Source of the DNA: a virus
Taxonomy: Duplodnaviria > Caudoviricetes
Virus record (IMG/VR): IMGVR_UViG_3300033067_001151
Span: 1 to 38,874 of that record
DNA: 38,874 nt
Reading direction: 5' to 3' (one strand)
Shown here: positions 16,953 to 27,013 of the stretch, piece after piece
Layout: every line of letters begins with the position of its first letter
Numbering within the stretch: position 1 is the first letter of the stretch
The notes under the pieces: model-generated
What the model saw: only the letters and a program-made list of their open reading frames with translations
What the model was told of the DNA's origin: nothing
Database searches by the model: none
Position numbers and translations under genes: made by a program

Positions 16953-19568
16953 ATGACAGCAAGTTTTCAAAAGCAATTTAGTTTTAACACTGGATTAGTA
17001 TCCCCAAGGCTTTTAGGAAACACTAATGTTCAGAAATATCAGAATGCTTTAGCCGATTCAATTAATTTAGTTTGTGGTCAATACGGCTTTATTACGGCTA
17101 GACCCGGGTTTCAATATATTGCACAAGCAAATAGCAACAGTGTAAAGTCTTATTTATATCCTTTTCAATATTCAAACGAACAAACTTATGTTCTTGAGTT
17201 TACTGAAACTTCTATCAGATTCTTTAAAGACAGTGGTCAAATATTACAAGGTCGTGGTATTACTAACGGAACATTTACATCTGATTTAAGTGGATGGACA
17301 GAACGCAACAGCGGCACAGGAGACGTAGCTCAATCTGGGGGAAAAGCATCATTTACCTCGACTGGTGCAGGAAATGAAGCAAGAATGTATCAAACAATTG
17401 CAAGAGCCGGTATAAACCAATACACAGTTACTTGTGATGTAGCAACAAATTCAATTACATATAGAGTTGGAACATCTTCCGGCGGATCATCCCTAGGCAC
17501 TGGTACATTAACTACGGGAACTGGAAAAACATTTACATTCACGCCCACAACAAACGGAACTGTTTATATAGAGTTTGAAGCAACGGCTAACGCAACCCTA
17601 GATAACGTTGTTTTATCTTCCCCAGTATATAAAATTGACTCTCCATATGCAGTAGCAGATACTGCTGAATTGTGTTTGGCACAATCTTTTGATACAGTAT
17701 ATATTACCCACCCGTCTTACGCACCACGTAAATTAGTTAGATATGGGCATGATAACTGGGAACTATCTACAGTATCTTTTAAAGACGGACCATATTTAGA
17801 CGAAAATACGACAACTACAACTATAACGCCATCCGGAACATCAGGCAGTATAACCCTTACGGCCTCTAGTGCAATTTTTTCTTCTACAGATGTAGGTCGA
17901 TTAGTTCGTTGGAAAAGCGGACCAGATAACGAAGATGCAGTATTATACGGCAGCCCAGGAGCATCACAGGTATACTTTGATATACCATTTTACCCGCAAA
18001 CCTCTGCTGATGTTGAAGTATATAGAATTGCTACTACAGGGGCAAAAACATCTTTAACCTACACTGCTGGAGCACCAGGGGCTAACGAATTTACAATAAC
18101 TGGCGGGCAAGTTCAAATTAACTCAGCCCTAGCATCAGGTGTGCAGCTACTGGTACAAAGAAAAAATACTGGCTCAGGAGAATGGTCATATTTAACAATT
18201 ACAGCATATACTTCTAGTACACAAGTTACGGCTACTGTAAGCGGGGACGATCTTGGTGGCACTAACGCATCTACTTATTGGCGACTTGGTGCATTTTCTG
18301 CAACAACTGGTTATCCTAAACTTTGTTTATTCCACGCACAAAGATTATGGTATGCAAATACCACAACACAACCAGATGGGCTGTGGGCATCTAGAATACA
18401 AAGCTTTGAAGATTTTTCACCAGACAACGATTTAAATAAAGGTCAAATAGATTCTGATACGGCATTCAGTGTTGTTGTATCTGGTATTATTGCAATACAA
18501 GCCATGAAAGCAACAAATGTAATGCTTTTAATGGGAGAAGGAATTTATTCTATAAATAAAAGTAATGCTTCTATTTCTGCTGGAACAATTAGTATATCTA
18601 AAGAAGAATCTACAATAGCATCGGATATAATCCCAATTACGACAGCCAATGAGATTGTATTCGCGGAAAACCAGAGAAAAGCTATACGAAGTGTCGGGTT
18701 TACATTCCAATCTGATGCATATACTACATTTAATATTAATTTATTAGCCGACCAAATATTTGAAGAAAGCCCAGTAAATAAAATCGTTTACCAAACATCC
18801 CCTTTCCCAATAATATGGGCAATTAAAGATGACGGCTCTTTAGTATCTTGTACATATGACAAAGAACAAGAAATATATGCTTGGAATAAGCACACAGTAG
18901 GTGGGACATCTGTAGCCGTAGAAAGTATAGCCGTGATACCACAAGGCAACTCATCCCAATTATGGGCTGTAGTTAAGCGTACTATTAACGGTGGAACTAA
19001 AAGATATGTTGAACTAATGGCAGATTTCTTCTATTTAGATACTCAAGAAACAGCCGCATTCTCTGATTCCTATCTAGTATATGATGGTGTATCTACTTCA
19101 ACACTATCTGGTTTATCTCATTTAGAAGGGCAATCTGTTAGGGTTCAATCTGAAGGCGGGATGCAAACGTCTAAAACTGTTAGCGGCGGCTCTATTACTT
19201 TAGACCTGGCGACTACTTATGCTGTTGTCGGACTATCTTATGATATGTACGGAGAGACAGTGCCTTTAGATATGGGCAAACCAAATGGTCCAGCTATAGG
19301 AAGTAAAGCCAGGGTTTCAGAGGTTATATTTGATTTATATGAAACATATGGTATTGAAGCTGGATATACATCTAGCAATACACAAGAAATTAACCTAAGA
19401 CCTGCGGGATTAACTGGTGGAAGCGCATACCCATTGTACACAGGTCAGAAAAGAGTATTATTAAGCGGCAATACAGAAAGTAACTATAAAGTATATTTTA
19501 GTAACCCATATGCCTTGCCGTTTACAATAAGAAACTTAACGTACAAAGTAAATGTATCTCCTAATTAG
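16953..19568 (+). CDS. Tail tubular protein B / nozzle with inserted domains
   Basis: SFN.G.VSP.L, RPG..Y, YVLEF, W.LGAFS..TGYP, L.HLEG..V, VVGL.Y motifs. Confidence 0.88.
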   Translation: MTASFQKQFSFNTGLVSPRLLGNTNVQKYQNALADSINLVCGQYGFITARPGFQYIAQANSNSVKSYLYPFQYSNEQTYVLEFTETSIRFFKDSGQILQGRGITNGTFTSDLSGWTERNSGTGDVAQSGGKASFTSTGAGNEARMYQTIARAGINQYTVTCDVATNSITYRVGTSSGGSSLGTGTLTTGTGKTFTFTPTTNGTVYIEFEATANATLDNVVLSSPVYKIDSPYAVADTAELCLAQSFDTVYITHPSYAPRKLVRYGHDNWELSTVSFKDGPYLDENTTTTTITPSGTSGSITLTASSAIFSSTDVGRLVRWKSGPDNEDAVLYGSPGASQVYFDIPFYPQTSADVEVYRIATTGAKTSLTYTAGAPGANEFTITGGQVQINSALASGVQLLVQRKNTGSGEWSYLTITAYTSSTQVTATVSGDDLGGTNASTYWRLGAFSATTGYPKLCLFHAQRLWYANTTTQPDGLWASRIQSFEDFSPDNDLNKGQIDSDTAFSVVVSGIIAIQAMKATNVMLLMGEGIYSINKSNASISAGTISISKEESTIASDIIPITTANEIVFAENQRKAIRSVGFTFQSDAYTTFNINLLADQIFEESPVNKIVYQTSPFPIIWAIKDDGSLVSCTYDKEQEIYAWNKHTVGGTSVAVESIAVIPQGNSSQLWAVVKRTINGGTKRYVELMADFFYLDTQETAAFSDSYLVYDGVSTSTLSGLSHLEGQSVRVQSEGGMQTSKTVSGGSITLDLATTYAVVGLSYDMYGETVPLDMGKPNGPAIGSKARVSEVIFDLYETYGIEAGYTSSNTQEINLRPAGLTGGSAYPLYTGQKRVLLSGNTESNYKVYFSNPYALPFTIRNLTYKVNVSPN

Positions 19569-19571
19569 GGG

Positions 19572-19600
19572 TTGCGTAATTTATATTAATGTGGTATAAT
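19572..19600 (+). promoter_or_regulatory. Sigma70-type promoter, probably giving a leaderless mRNA
   Basis: TTGCGT-N17-TATAAT with TGn; ATG follows after 7 nt with no SD. Confidence 0.7.
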
Positions 19601-19607
19601 AAAACCT

Positions 19608-20201
19608 ATGAACCAAGATCAACAAACACAATACATGCAATTTCAAGCGCAACAAGCAATGGCTCAGGCTATGTTGCAAGCCAAACAATTAGCGGCACAA
19701 GCTAATCAAGTTAAAACACAGGTTGCTCAACAGCAATTAGAAGGTGCTTCAGCCAATGCCAGAGCGGCGTTTAGCGCACAAGAAGCCATTAAAAGACAAC
19801 AAGCATATGTACAAAGCCAGTATAAAGCCGAGCAAACTAGACAAGATATGATTGCCGAGCAATATAACATTGTTCTTCAAAATGTACAACAACTAAATAA
19901 AAACCTAGTATTAGACCAACAAATGTATACTAAAGTTATGTATGCACAAGCCGGTCAAATTAAAGCCGATTCGGCAGCTAGAGGCGTACAAGCTGGTACT
20001 GGAACAGAGCAAGATATTATTAATATGATGGTTGATGAAACTACTAAAACGGCAAATAACGCTCAACGTAGGACATTAAACGACATAAGCGCCATGAACG
20101 ACAAAGCACTACAATTACAAGTAGAAAAGGCATTTGGTAAGTGGAATTTAGATACTCAAATTAATTTCAGCAACATGATTATTAAAGACGGAGCGTTTTA
20201 G
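19608..20201 (+). CDS. Putative internal virion (ejection) protein
   Basis: Gln/Ala-rich helical protein with AARGV..GT motif; first of three genes after the nozzle. Confidence 0.65.
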   Translation: MNQDQQTQYMQFQAQQAMAQAMLQAKQLAAQANQVKTQVAQQQLEGASANARAAFSAQEAIKRQQAYVQSQYKAEQTRQDMIAEQYNIVLQNVQQLNKNLVLDQQMYTKVMYAQAGQIKADSAARGVQAGTGTEQDIINMMVDETTKTANNAQRRTLNDISAMNDKALQLQVEKAFGKWNLDTQINFSNMIIKDGAF

Positions 20202-20203
20202 TT

Positions 20204-22261
20204 ATGGTAAAGATTTCTGATTTTCTCAGTACAGAGCAAAGAACGGCGTTACAAGATAACATAGGCGTACAAGAAACGGCTAAGCAATTAAATGCACAAT
20301 CTACCCAAGCTGAAGGTCAGTATGTAGATGCAGCACTGCAAAAAATGGCGCAAGCTCAATCTATAGCCAGACAAGAAAACATCCAAGCAATACAACTAAA
20401 AGCACAAGAACAGTATCAACTAAATAATATATTCTCTAATATGCAGGAAGTCGGATTAAAAACGACTGGGGTATTAGCTGCAATAGATGAAACCAATCGT
20501 AGACAACAAGAAAACACAATAGCATCCTCATGGGTTGGTGCTAAAACGGCAGAATTAACACTAGGGATAAAACAAGGTTATAAAGATATTTTAAGCCAAG
20601 CTAATCCAGACGGCTCTGATTTATTTGAAAAAGTTCAAAGTTTTGTTAACACTAAATTAGCGGAAGCTGAAAAATCTGCACCTAACGGGGCTGCTATAGC
20701 CGATTTTAAAAAAGTTGGTATGTCTATGTTTACCCAGACATTAGGTAGTGCCATAGAAGATGCTGACAAACTCAGAACTAATTATACATTAAATAATATA
20801 CAAAAAACTATTAATATAAAAGCAGATGATTTAAGAGCTAATCCCAAAGATCCAACAGCTTATGAGTATTTACAATCTATCGGGGCTACACTTAAAAATA
20901 GCAAAATAAGCCCTCTTATCGCGGATGAAGCAGTCAAGAATGCAGCAGAGCAATTGTTAGCCGCCCAAACGGATGGATATGTTGCTTCCCATGAATTTGC
21001 TGGGGCATATGACACTATTAACGGAGGGGCTTTTAGTTCCGTGTTATCAGATACGAAAAAGCAAAAGATGATGGAATCTGTTTTTACAGCAGAAGTAGAG
21101 TACAGAAAAAGACTGAAGGAAGATGTATTTAAAGCTGAAGTCGCTACTAAAGTGTTTAATAATCAAATATCTGAATTTGCTTCTTCAAAAGAAAAAGAAG
21201 TCGCCGGAGAAATAGCTTTAGGGACATTTCAAACACTAGTTGCCGGTCTTGAATCTAGACAAATAGATGCCAACGGATTTGTCTCGGGTATTTTAAATTA
21301 CGCACAACAAACAAATAGATTTATACCAGATAACTTATCTAAAGCTGTTGGGGATACGGTTATGTACGGTCAAAATCCGGAAACCGTTGCCTATACAAGT
21401 AGAGCCATAACTCAATCTGGAAAGCAAGCAGACACTAATTCACTATTTAAATCTTTAAGTTCTCAAGCAAAAGCAGAGGCAGCCCTAATAACTGGATATC
21501 TAAATACAATGCCACCAGAAGAAGCTATTAAAAAAGCCAGATTCTTGACCAGAGAGTACGATGAAAAAATGGCGGCAGCCAACGTACAAGACGGCATAAA
21601 ACAATTAAATAATCTTACTGATTATAATATTTATACAGATTTCCAATTATTTGATGATGACCGAGGACAAGCTCAATACGCCACAGAAGTTAGAGCAAAA
21701 GTAAGAGATTATTTAGCCGTTAACGTGCCTTATAAAGAGGCACTAGATTTGGCAAAAAGTGATGTAAACGCGCATTATGTATCATCCTCAATAAACAAAA
21801 ATACAGTAATGTCTGATAAAACAAAGTACGGCACTGCCACAGTTAGATACGGAGTAGAGCAATTTTATAAAACCACAGAGGAACTATCAGCATTTAGAAA
21901 CTTGTTTTTAAATAAAGTTGTTGATACTATTGGAACAGCTGGAACTGTTGATATTGATAATCAAAATATAATCATGACACTGGCTGACGGAAGTAAGCAG
22001 TATACACCATTTATTGTTGAGCCGGTACCAATGCAAACGGAATATGAAGCCCAATTTCCTAATATGCCAAAAACATTCAGAATAGTTAATCCTGAAAAGC
22101 CATATGAAGATCCGATTGCTATTTTAAAAGTTGATGACGCGGCTTTAAAAGATAAATCTATTCAACAACTAAAAGATAAATTTTCGGAAGAACTTAAGTG
22201 GAAAGAGGCACGTTCTACGGCACTTTATAAAATGTACGGAATAACAGTAGAGGGGAAATAA
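20204..22261 (+). CDS. Putative internal virion protein
   Basis: 685-aa helical protein at the T7 gp15-equivalent position; function from synteny only. Confidence 0.6.
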   Translation: MVKISDFLSTEQRTALQDNIGVQETAKQLNAQSTQAEGQYVDAALQKMAQAQSIARQENIQAIQLKAQEQYQLNNIFSNMQEVGLKTTGVLAAIDETNRRQQENTIASSWVGAKTAELTLGIKQGYKDILSQANPDGSDLFEKVQSFVNTKLAEAEKSAPNGAAIADFKKVGMSMFTQTLGSAIEDADKLRTNYTLNNIQKTINIKADDLRANPKDPTAYEYLQSIGATLKNSKISPLIADEAVKNAAEQLLAAQTDGYVASHEFAGAYDTINGGAFSSVLSDTKKQKMMESVFTAEVEYRKRLKEDVFKAEVATKVFNNQISEFASSKEKEVAGEIALGTFQTLVAGLESRQIDANGFVSGILNYAQQTNRFIPDNLSKAVGDTVMYGQNPETVAYTSRAITQSGKQADTNSLFKSLSSQAKAEAALITGYLNTMPPEEAIKKARFLTREYDEKMAAANVQDGIKQLNNLTDYNIYTDFQLFDDDRGQAQYATEVRAKVRDYLAVNVPYKEALDLAKSDVNAHYVSSSINKNTVMSDKTKYGTATVRYGVEQFYKTTEELSAFRNLFLNKVVDTIGTAGTVDIDNQNIIMTLADGSKQYTPFIVEPVPMQTEYEAQFPNMPKTFRIVNPEKPYEDPIAILKVDDAALKDKSIQQLKDKFSEELKWKEARSTALYKMYGITVEGK

Positions 22262-25200
22262 TGAAAGATCGTTCACAACCGTTACTAAAAGAATATGTTG
22301 CGCCTGCGCTATTAAGTTACAACGTAAATGATAGGATCGAAGCCCCCGACAACAATAATCCATTGGTAGATAATTACGGCGCTTTAGAACAAGCCAAGGC
22401 GGCATATTTCCAATTAGGGGGTAGCTCATGGTTAGGTTTCAAAAATATTATTGCAGACCAATTAGAGCCAATTCAAAGCGGATTCAATGCCTACGATGAT
22501 GTAAAAGTCAAATCATTATCTTCAGAAGACCAACAAAGGTTTTCCAAAAATATAATGAGAGCTAGAAACCAAGACCATTTAAACAGTATACTAGATGAAA
22601 TAGATTCTATAAAAAAACTAGATGCAGTTTGGAATACGGAGTCAGGAGTAGTTAATACGGCAGCCGCCACATTTGGCGGTATTGCAGGAATGATCACAGA
22701 CCCAACAAATATTATAGTAGGTGCAGGGGCGTTTACAAGAGTCGCTAAAGGATTAGAACTAGCTTTAGGGGTTGGTGCAAGAACGGCTAGCACAGTGGGA
22801 CTGGCTGGTTTAGGGGCTACCAGTGCTGTTGCTAGACAGGGATTAGCAGAAGGAACTGCTGGAAGAAGCCACGATGAGTTCTTATTAGACCTTACATTGT
22901 CTACAGTAGTAAGTGGGGCTATAGGAAATCTTATAGGAAAAAGTACTAGGTCTTTAGCAGAAGCCGAGCAAATATTAAAAGATATGGATGCTGGAAAAAA
23001 TCCTACGGCAACAGAAACTGTGTCTAATGTAAAACATGATTTTACAACTGCACCTAACCCAAGCATCTCTAATTTAGAAGTGCAAATGGGCAGTGTACCG
23101 CATAAAATGGATCTAAATACCTATAATAAGTTACAACGGGAATTATATGCGCAACAAAAAGCGGAATTCCCAAATGAGCCTATGAAATGGACGGCAGCTG
23201 TTATAAGCCCAAATGACTGGAAATCTTCGTCGGAACTATACAAGAATCACTTATTTAAAAAGCTAGCAAATTCTAAATATGGCTTATCTGCTAAACCAAT
23301 GGTTGCAACAGCGGGTGTACAAAGTAATTTAAAAATAATAGAAAATATTAGGTCGTCTATACCAGACGTGGTTAAAACTGAAGACAGGTTAGGGGAAACC
23401 GTAGATTTTAAATTAATCGACAAAGATAACCTTGATTTGCAGATAAAAAAACCAGAGGGAATTATGGGGGCTATATTCGGAGGTGCATTGAAAGTGGCAT
23501 CTTGGGTAGAGCCGATATATAACTTAGGGACTTCGCAATCAAAAATGGCTCGCACATTAGGGCATCATTTAGTAGGGTATGAAGTATCGACAAATGCCGC
23601 TGAAAAAGGATTACAATCTATACCAGTAGAAAAAATGGTACAATCTGGAATCCATACAAAAGTCCACCAACATTTAATGTTTTATGATACGGCATTAGAA
23701 AAAGTCGCTAAACGGGGTATATCACAAAAAGAGTTTGATGCAGAAATTAAAGATGTTATTTTTAATAATAAGCCGTCAAAAATAGCTGAGGTAAACGAAT
23801 ATGTCGCTAATAGACAAAAGATGCTTGACGACATGGGTGATGAAGCAGAAAAACTTGGTTTGTTCGGAAAAGACGCCGACGGAATACCATTAGCCAGGGT
23901 TAAAAAGAAAGGAAATTATGTTGCAGTTGTTCATGATTATGACAAAATTGCTAGATACCCTACCAGAGCATTCCAAGTGTATGGAGATGCTTTATTAAAA
24001 AACGCAAAAAACCAACTAGCTGACTTAGAGGCACAGGTCAAACAAGGGAAAGTTTTAGATGAAAAACTACAATCTGATTATAATGAACTAAAGAAGTTAA
24101 TAGCCGAACATAATACTAATCCTACAAAGTCACCATTTAAGGATATGGGAAAGAAATTTGTAGACGATCATACTGGAGAAAGGGCTAATATAGTGCGGTC
24201 TACGGTATTTAGCTCTTCTCAATTTAAAAAAATATCTTTAAATGTCGACCATGCAGATATTAGAGAATTTATAGTGGATAGGCATCCAATTGACATGTTT
24301 AATATGTATGTACATGACCATGTAAACGCAGTTGAATTTACCGCCAGATTTGGTGATGCCAATATGGATGAAGTATTTGATATGTTTAACAAAGAGTACG
24401 CTGAATTAATTTCTAAAGCCGAAGCCGAAGGAAAAGATACTTCAAAACTCGTAGCTGAACAAGCTAAAATGGGTGAAAATATCCGAGGAATTAAATTCAG
24501 AATTCAGGGCAAACGTACTGACGGAACAAGAGGATACGGAGCAGCCGATTTAATTGTTGATGCAATTACTACATTGACATCCCAAAAACTTATGTGGGCA
24601 GGTGCTATATCACAGATACCTGACTTAGCAACACTTACAGTAGAAATGGCTAACGGCACAATGGGTAAATTATCAACGGAATTTGTAGCACAACACGGTG
24701 CTTTGCTTAAGGCTTTAGACCCAGAAGTAGCTCAAATGATAGGTTTAGTAAGCGAAAACCTTGATACAAGAGCTTTGGCTATGTTTGAGTCAGGTACTGA
24801 AGGCAAACAATTTAGTGAAATGGCTAAAGTAATGTCTAAAGGCAGAGAATGGGTTTACAAACTCAATTTTATGCAAGCCGTAAATAATGTCTCTAAAGCA
24901 TGGGCTGGAGAAGTGACTACTAAAAAAATTATAGACAGCGCTTATAAACTGGCGGCTTACGCTAAAAAATATGATGTAACTGGAGATTTACCAGACGATG
25001 TTACAAAACTATTAGACAAAGAATTAGCGGGTCACGTACTGGAATTTAGAAAATACGGCATGGATTTAAGTGACGCCCGACGTATCATCGATGAATTTGA
25101 TAAACACGCCATAACAATTGACGGTGTTAAAATGGCAAATATGACTAAATGGGAGCACAAAATAAGGGGCAAAGTTTTTGGGGCAGTAAAAAGTATAGTA

Positions 25201-25800
25201 GATAACCATTATATTATTGAACCAAATTCTGGGAATAAACACTTTTGGTTTGACTCGCTTGTAGGAAGGTTAATATTCCAGTTTAAAGGGTTTTGGGCTA
25301 AATCATTTGCCGCATACCTACTAAAAGATTTACAAGCTGCAAACTCTGAAGCCGTTGCTAAATTTGCATTTAGGAGTATATTAGGTACATTGGCTTATCT
25401 AGCTAGGGGTGCTGCCAGAGCGCCGTTAGACCAAATAGATACTGATCCTAAAAAATTAGTATACGAAGGTATTACTAGAGGGGGTTCGCTTTCTGGTCTT
25501 GATGGTATAGCTGGATTACTAGATACAATTGGGGCTATGACCAACACACCAGTTGGACCTGCATATTGGATGGGATTAAGAAAAGAACGTAGATATGGTC
25601 AGGACAACCAAATATCTGATTTAATGCTAGGTGCTTCTGGGGTGTTTATTAAAGACGCCGATGCCATATTAAAATCAGTTGGAACTGGTAAATTCCAAGA
25701 AACATTGGCTAAAAAAGGAATACCGTATTTACCAATACTTAATACATTCTATGCAAAGCCTATATTAGACTTTGCTATAGGAAAAAGAGATAGAATATAG
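22261..25800 (+). CDS. Putative large internal virion protein
   Basis: 1179 aa; DPTNII, LIFQFK.F pattern; T7 gp16-equivalent position. Confidence 0.7.
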   Translation: MKDRSQPLLKEYVAPALLSYNVNDRIEAPDNNNPLVDNYGALEQAKAAYFQLGGSSWLGFKNIIADQLEPIQSGFNAYDDVKVKSLSSEDQQRFSKNIMRARNQDHLNSILDEIDSIKKLDAVWNTESGVVNTAAATFGGIAGMITDPTNIIVGAGAFTRVAKGLELALGVGARTASTVGLAGLGATSAVARQGLAEGTAGRSHDEFLLDLTLSTVVSGAIGNLIGKSTRSLAEAEQILKDMDAGKNPTATETVSNVKHDFTTAPNPSISNLEVQMGSVPHKMDLNTYNKLQRELYAQQKAEFPNEPMKWTAAVISPNDWKSSSELYKNHLFKKLANSKYGLSAKPMVATAGVQSNLKIIENIRSSIPDVVKTEDRLGETVDFKLIDKDNLDLQIKKPEGIMGAIFGGALKVASWVEPIYNLGTSQSKMARTLGHHLVGYEVSTNAAEKGLQSIPVEKMVQSGIHTKVHQHLMFYDTALEKVAKRGISQKEFDAEIKDVIFNNKPSKIAEVNEYVANRQKMLDDMGDEAEKLGLFGKDADGIPLARVKKKGNYVAVVHDYDKIARYPTRAFQVYGDALLKNAKNQLADLEAQVKQGKVLDEKLQSDYNELKKLIAEHNTNPTKSPFKDMGKKFVDDHTGERANIVRSTVFSSSQFKKISLNVDHADIREFIVDRHPIDMFNMYVHDHVNAVEFTARFGDANMDEVFDMFNKEYAELISKAEAEGKDTSKLVAEQAKMGENIRGIKFRIQGKRTDGTRGYGAADLIVDAITTLTSQKLMWAGAISQIPDLATLTVEMANGTMGKLSTEFVAQHGALLKALDPEVAQMIGLVSENLDTRALAMFESGTEGKQFSEMAKVMSKGREWVYKLNFMQAVNNVSKAWAGEVTTKKIIDSAYKLAAYAKKYDVTGDLPDDVTKLLDKELAGHVLEFRKYGMDLSDARRIIDEFDKHAITIDGVKMANMTKWEHKIRGKVFGAVKSIVDNHYIIEPNSGNKHFWFDSLVGRLIFQFKGFWAKSFAAYLLKDLQAANSEAVAKFAFRSILGTLAYLARGAARAPLDQIDTDPKKLVYEGITRGGSLSGLDGIAGLLDTIGAMTNTPVGPAYWMGLRKERRYGQDNQISDLMLGASGVFIKDADAILKSVGTGKFQETLAKKGIPYLPILNTFYAKPILDFAIGKRDRI

Positions 25801-25801
25801 G

Positions 25802-25830
25802 TTGACAACCTAATAAGAATAGTGTATAAT
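25802..25830 (+). promoter_or_regulatory. Consensus sigma70 promoter for the fibre/lysis module
   Basis: Perfect TTGACA-N17-TATAAT. Confidence 0.85.
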
Positions 25831-25851
25831 AAACAGATACAGAGGATTTAA

Positions 25852-26574
25852 ATGACAGTAACTAATACAACTCCGCTAGTAGAAAATAAGACAGGGAACG
25901 GCTCTTGGTCAACAATTGCGGTTACTCCAGGGCTTATTTATCAGAATTCAGACGGCACACATGCTATTAAAGTTATTAAAACTACTATAGCAGGCGGAAC
26001 TACAAGTACATTAGCCGAAACCACAGATTATACTGTTGCTCTAGACAGCACTTCACCAAGCACAGGAACTATTACACTAGTAGCTGGCGCACCATCATCT
26101 GCATACAGATATACCGTACTATCTAATCTTACGGCATCCCAAGAAGTCGACCTGCAAAACGGCACTGTTGTGGATATGAACGATATTGAAGGGGCTTTAG
26201 ATAAATTAACTCTTTTACACCAAACTCAGCAAGAAAAGCTTGAAAGAGCAATTATATTGGCGGAAGATACACTAGTCAGAAACTTAACACTAGACTCACT
26301 GGATTCTCAAGCTGGCAAATTACTTGTTGTAAATAGCACTGAAGACGGTTTTGAGTATATTGATGTCACTACTCAGGTTTCTACGGCTTCTTTTATAATT
26401 AATGATTTAACGGCTGAATCATCACCAGCTACAGGAGATTATATCCCAATACATGATACCAGTGCTTCTGCACAAAGGAAAGTGTTGTTGTCGGATTTAA
26501 TAACATTAGTCGGCTCTAATACCCCAGGTATCGGAACTAACTATTATATTAACAACTTTTTATTTACTTATTAA
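25852..26574 (+). CDS. Tail fibre adaptor protein (T7 gp17 N-terminal-like)
   Basis: GNG, TDYTV, IEGALDKLTLL.Q motifs; short. Confidence 0.8.
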   Translation: MTVTNTTPLVENKTGNGSWSTIAVTPGLIYQNSDGTHAIKVIKTTIAGGTTSTLAETTDYTVALDSTSPSTGTITLVAGAPSSAYRYTVLSNLTASQEVDLQNGTVVDMNDIEGALDKLTLLHQTQQEKLERAIILAEDTLVRNLTLDSLDSQAGKLLVVNSTEDGFEYIDVTTQVSTASFIINDLTAESSPATGDYIPIHDTSASAQRKVLLSDLITLVGSNTPGIGTNYYINNFLFTY

Positions 26575-26583
26575 GGAGATACA

Positions 26584-26988
26584 ATGGCAACTTCACCACA
26601 ATTTACGGCTACACCAAAACTAGCTTGGTCTGGTAACTTAACTACTGGAACAAACACTTATGACGGAACCTCAGGAACTACATTATTATTGACTGCAGGA
26701 TCTTCTGGGTCTTTCGTAAGATCAATAATTGCAAAAGCTGCTGGTACTAACGTAGCATCAAACGTTCGTATATTTGTAAACAACGGCTCTACAAATGGTA
26801 CGGCTTCAAACAATGCTTTGATTGCAGAATATTCTTTACCGGCTACTACTGCTGCTACAGCGACTGCTACTGCTCAAATTGAAATCCCAATGAACTTACC
26901 AGTAACGGCATCTTATAAAATATACGTAGTTCTTTCTACTACTGTATCTGCTGGTTGGCAATTTACGGCTGTATACGGCGACTACTAG
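26584..26988 (+). CDS. Tail-fibre-associated structural protein
   Basis: AAGGAG SD; Thr/Gly/Ala-rich beta protein ending GDY. Confidence 0.65.
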   Translation: MATSPQFTATPKLAWSGNLTTGTNTYDGTSGTTLLLTAGSSGSFVRSIIAKAAGTNVASNVRIFVNNGSTNGTASNNALIAEYSLPATTAATATATAQIEIPMNLPVTASYKIYVVLSTTVSAGWQFTAVYGDY

Positions 26989-27013
26989 AACTTAAACATT
27001 TTAAGGTAAACAC

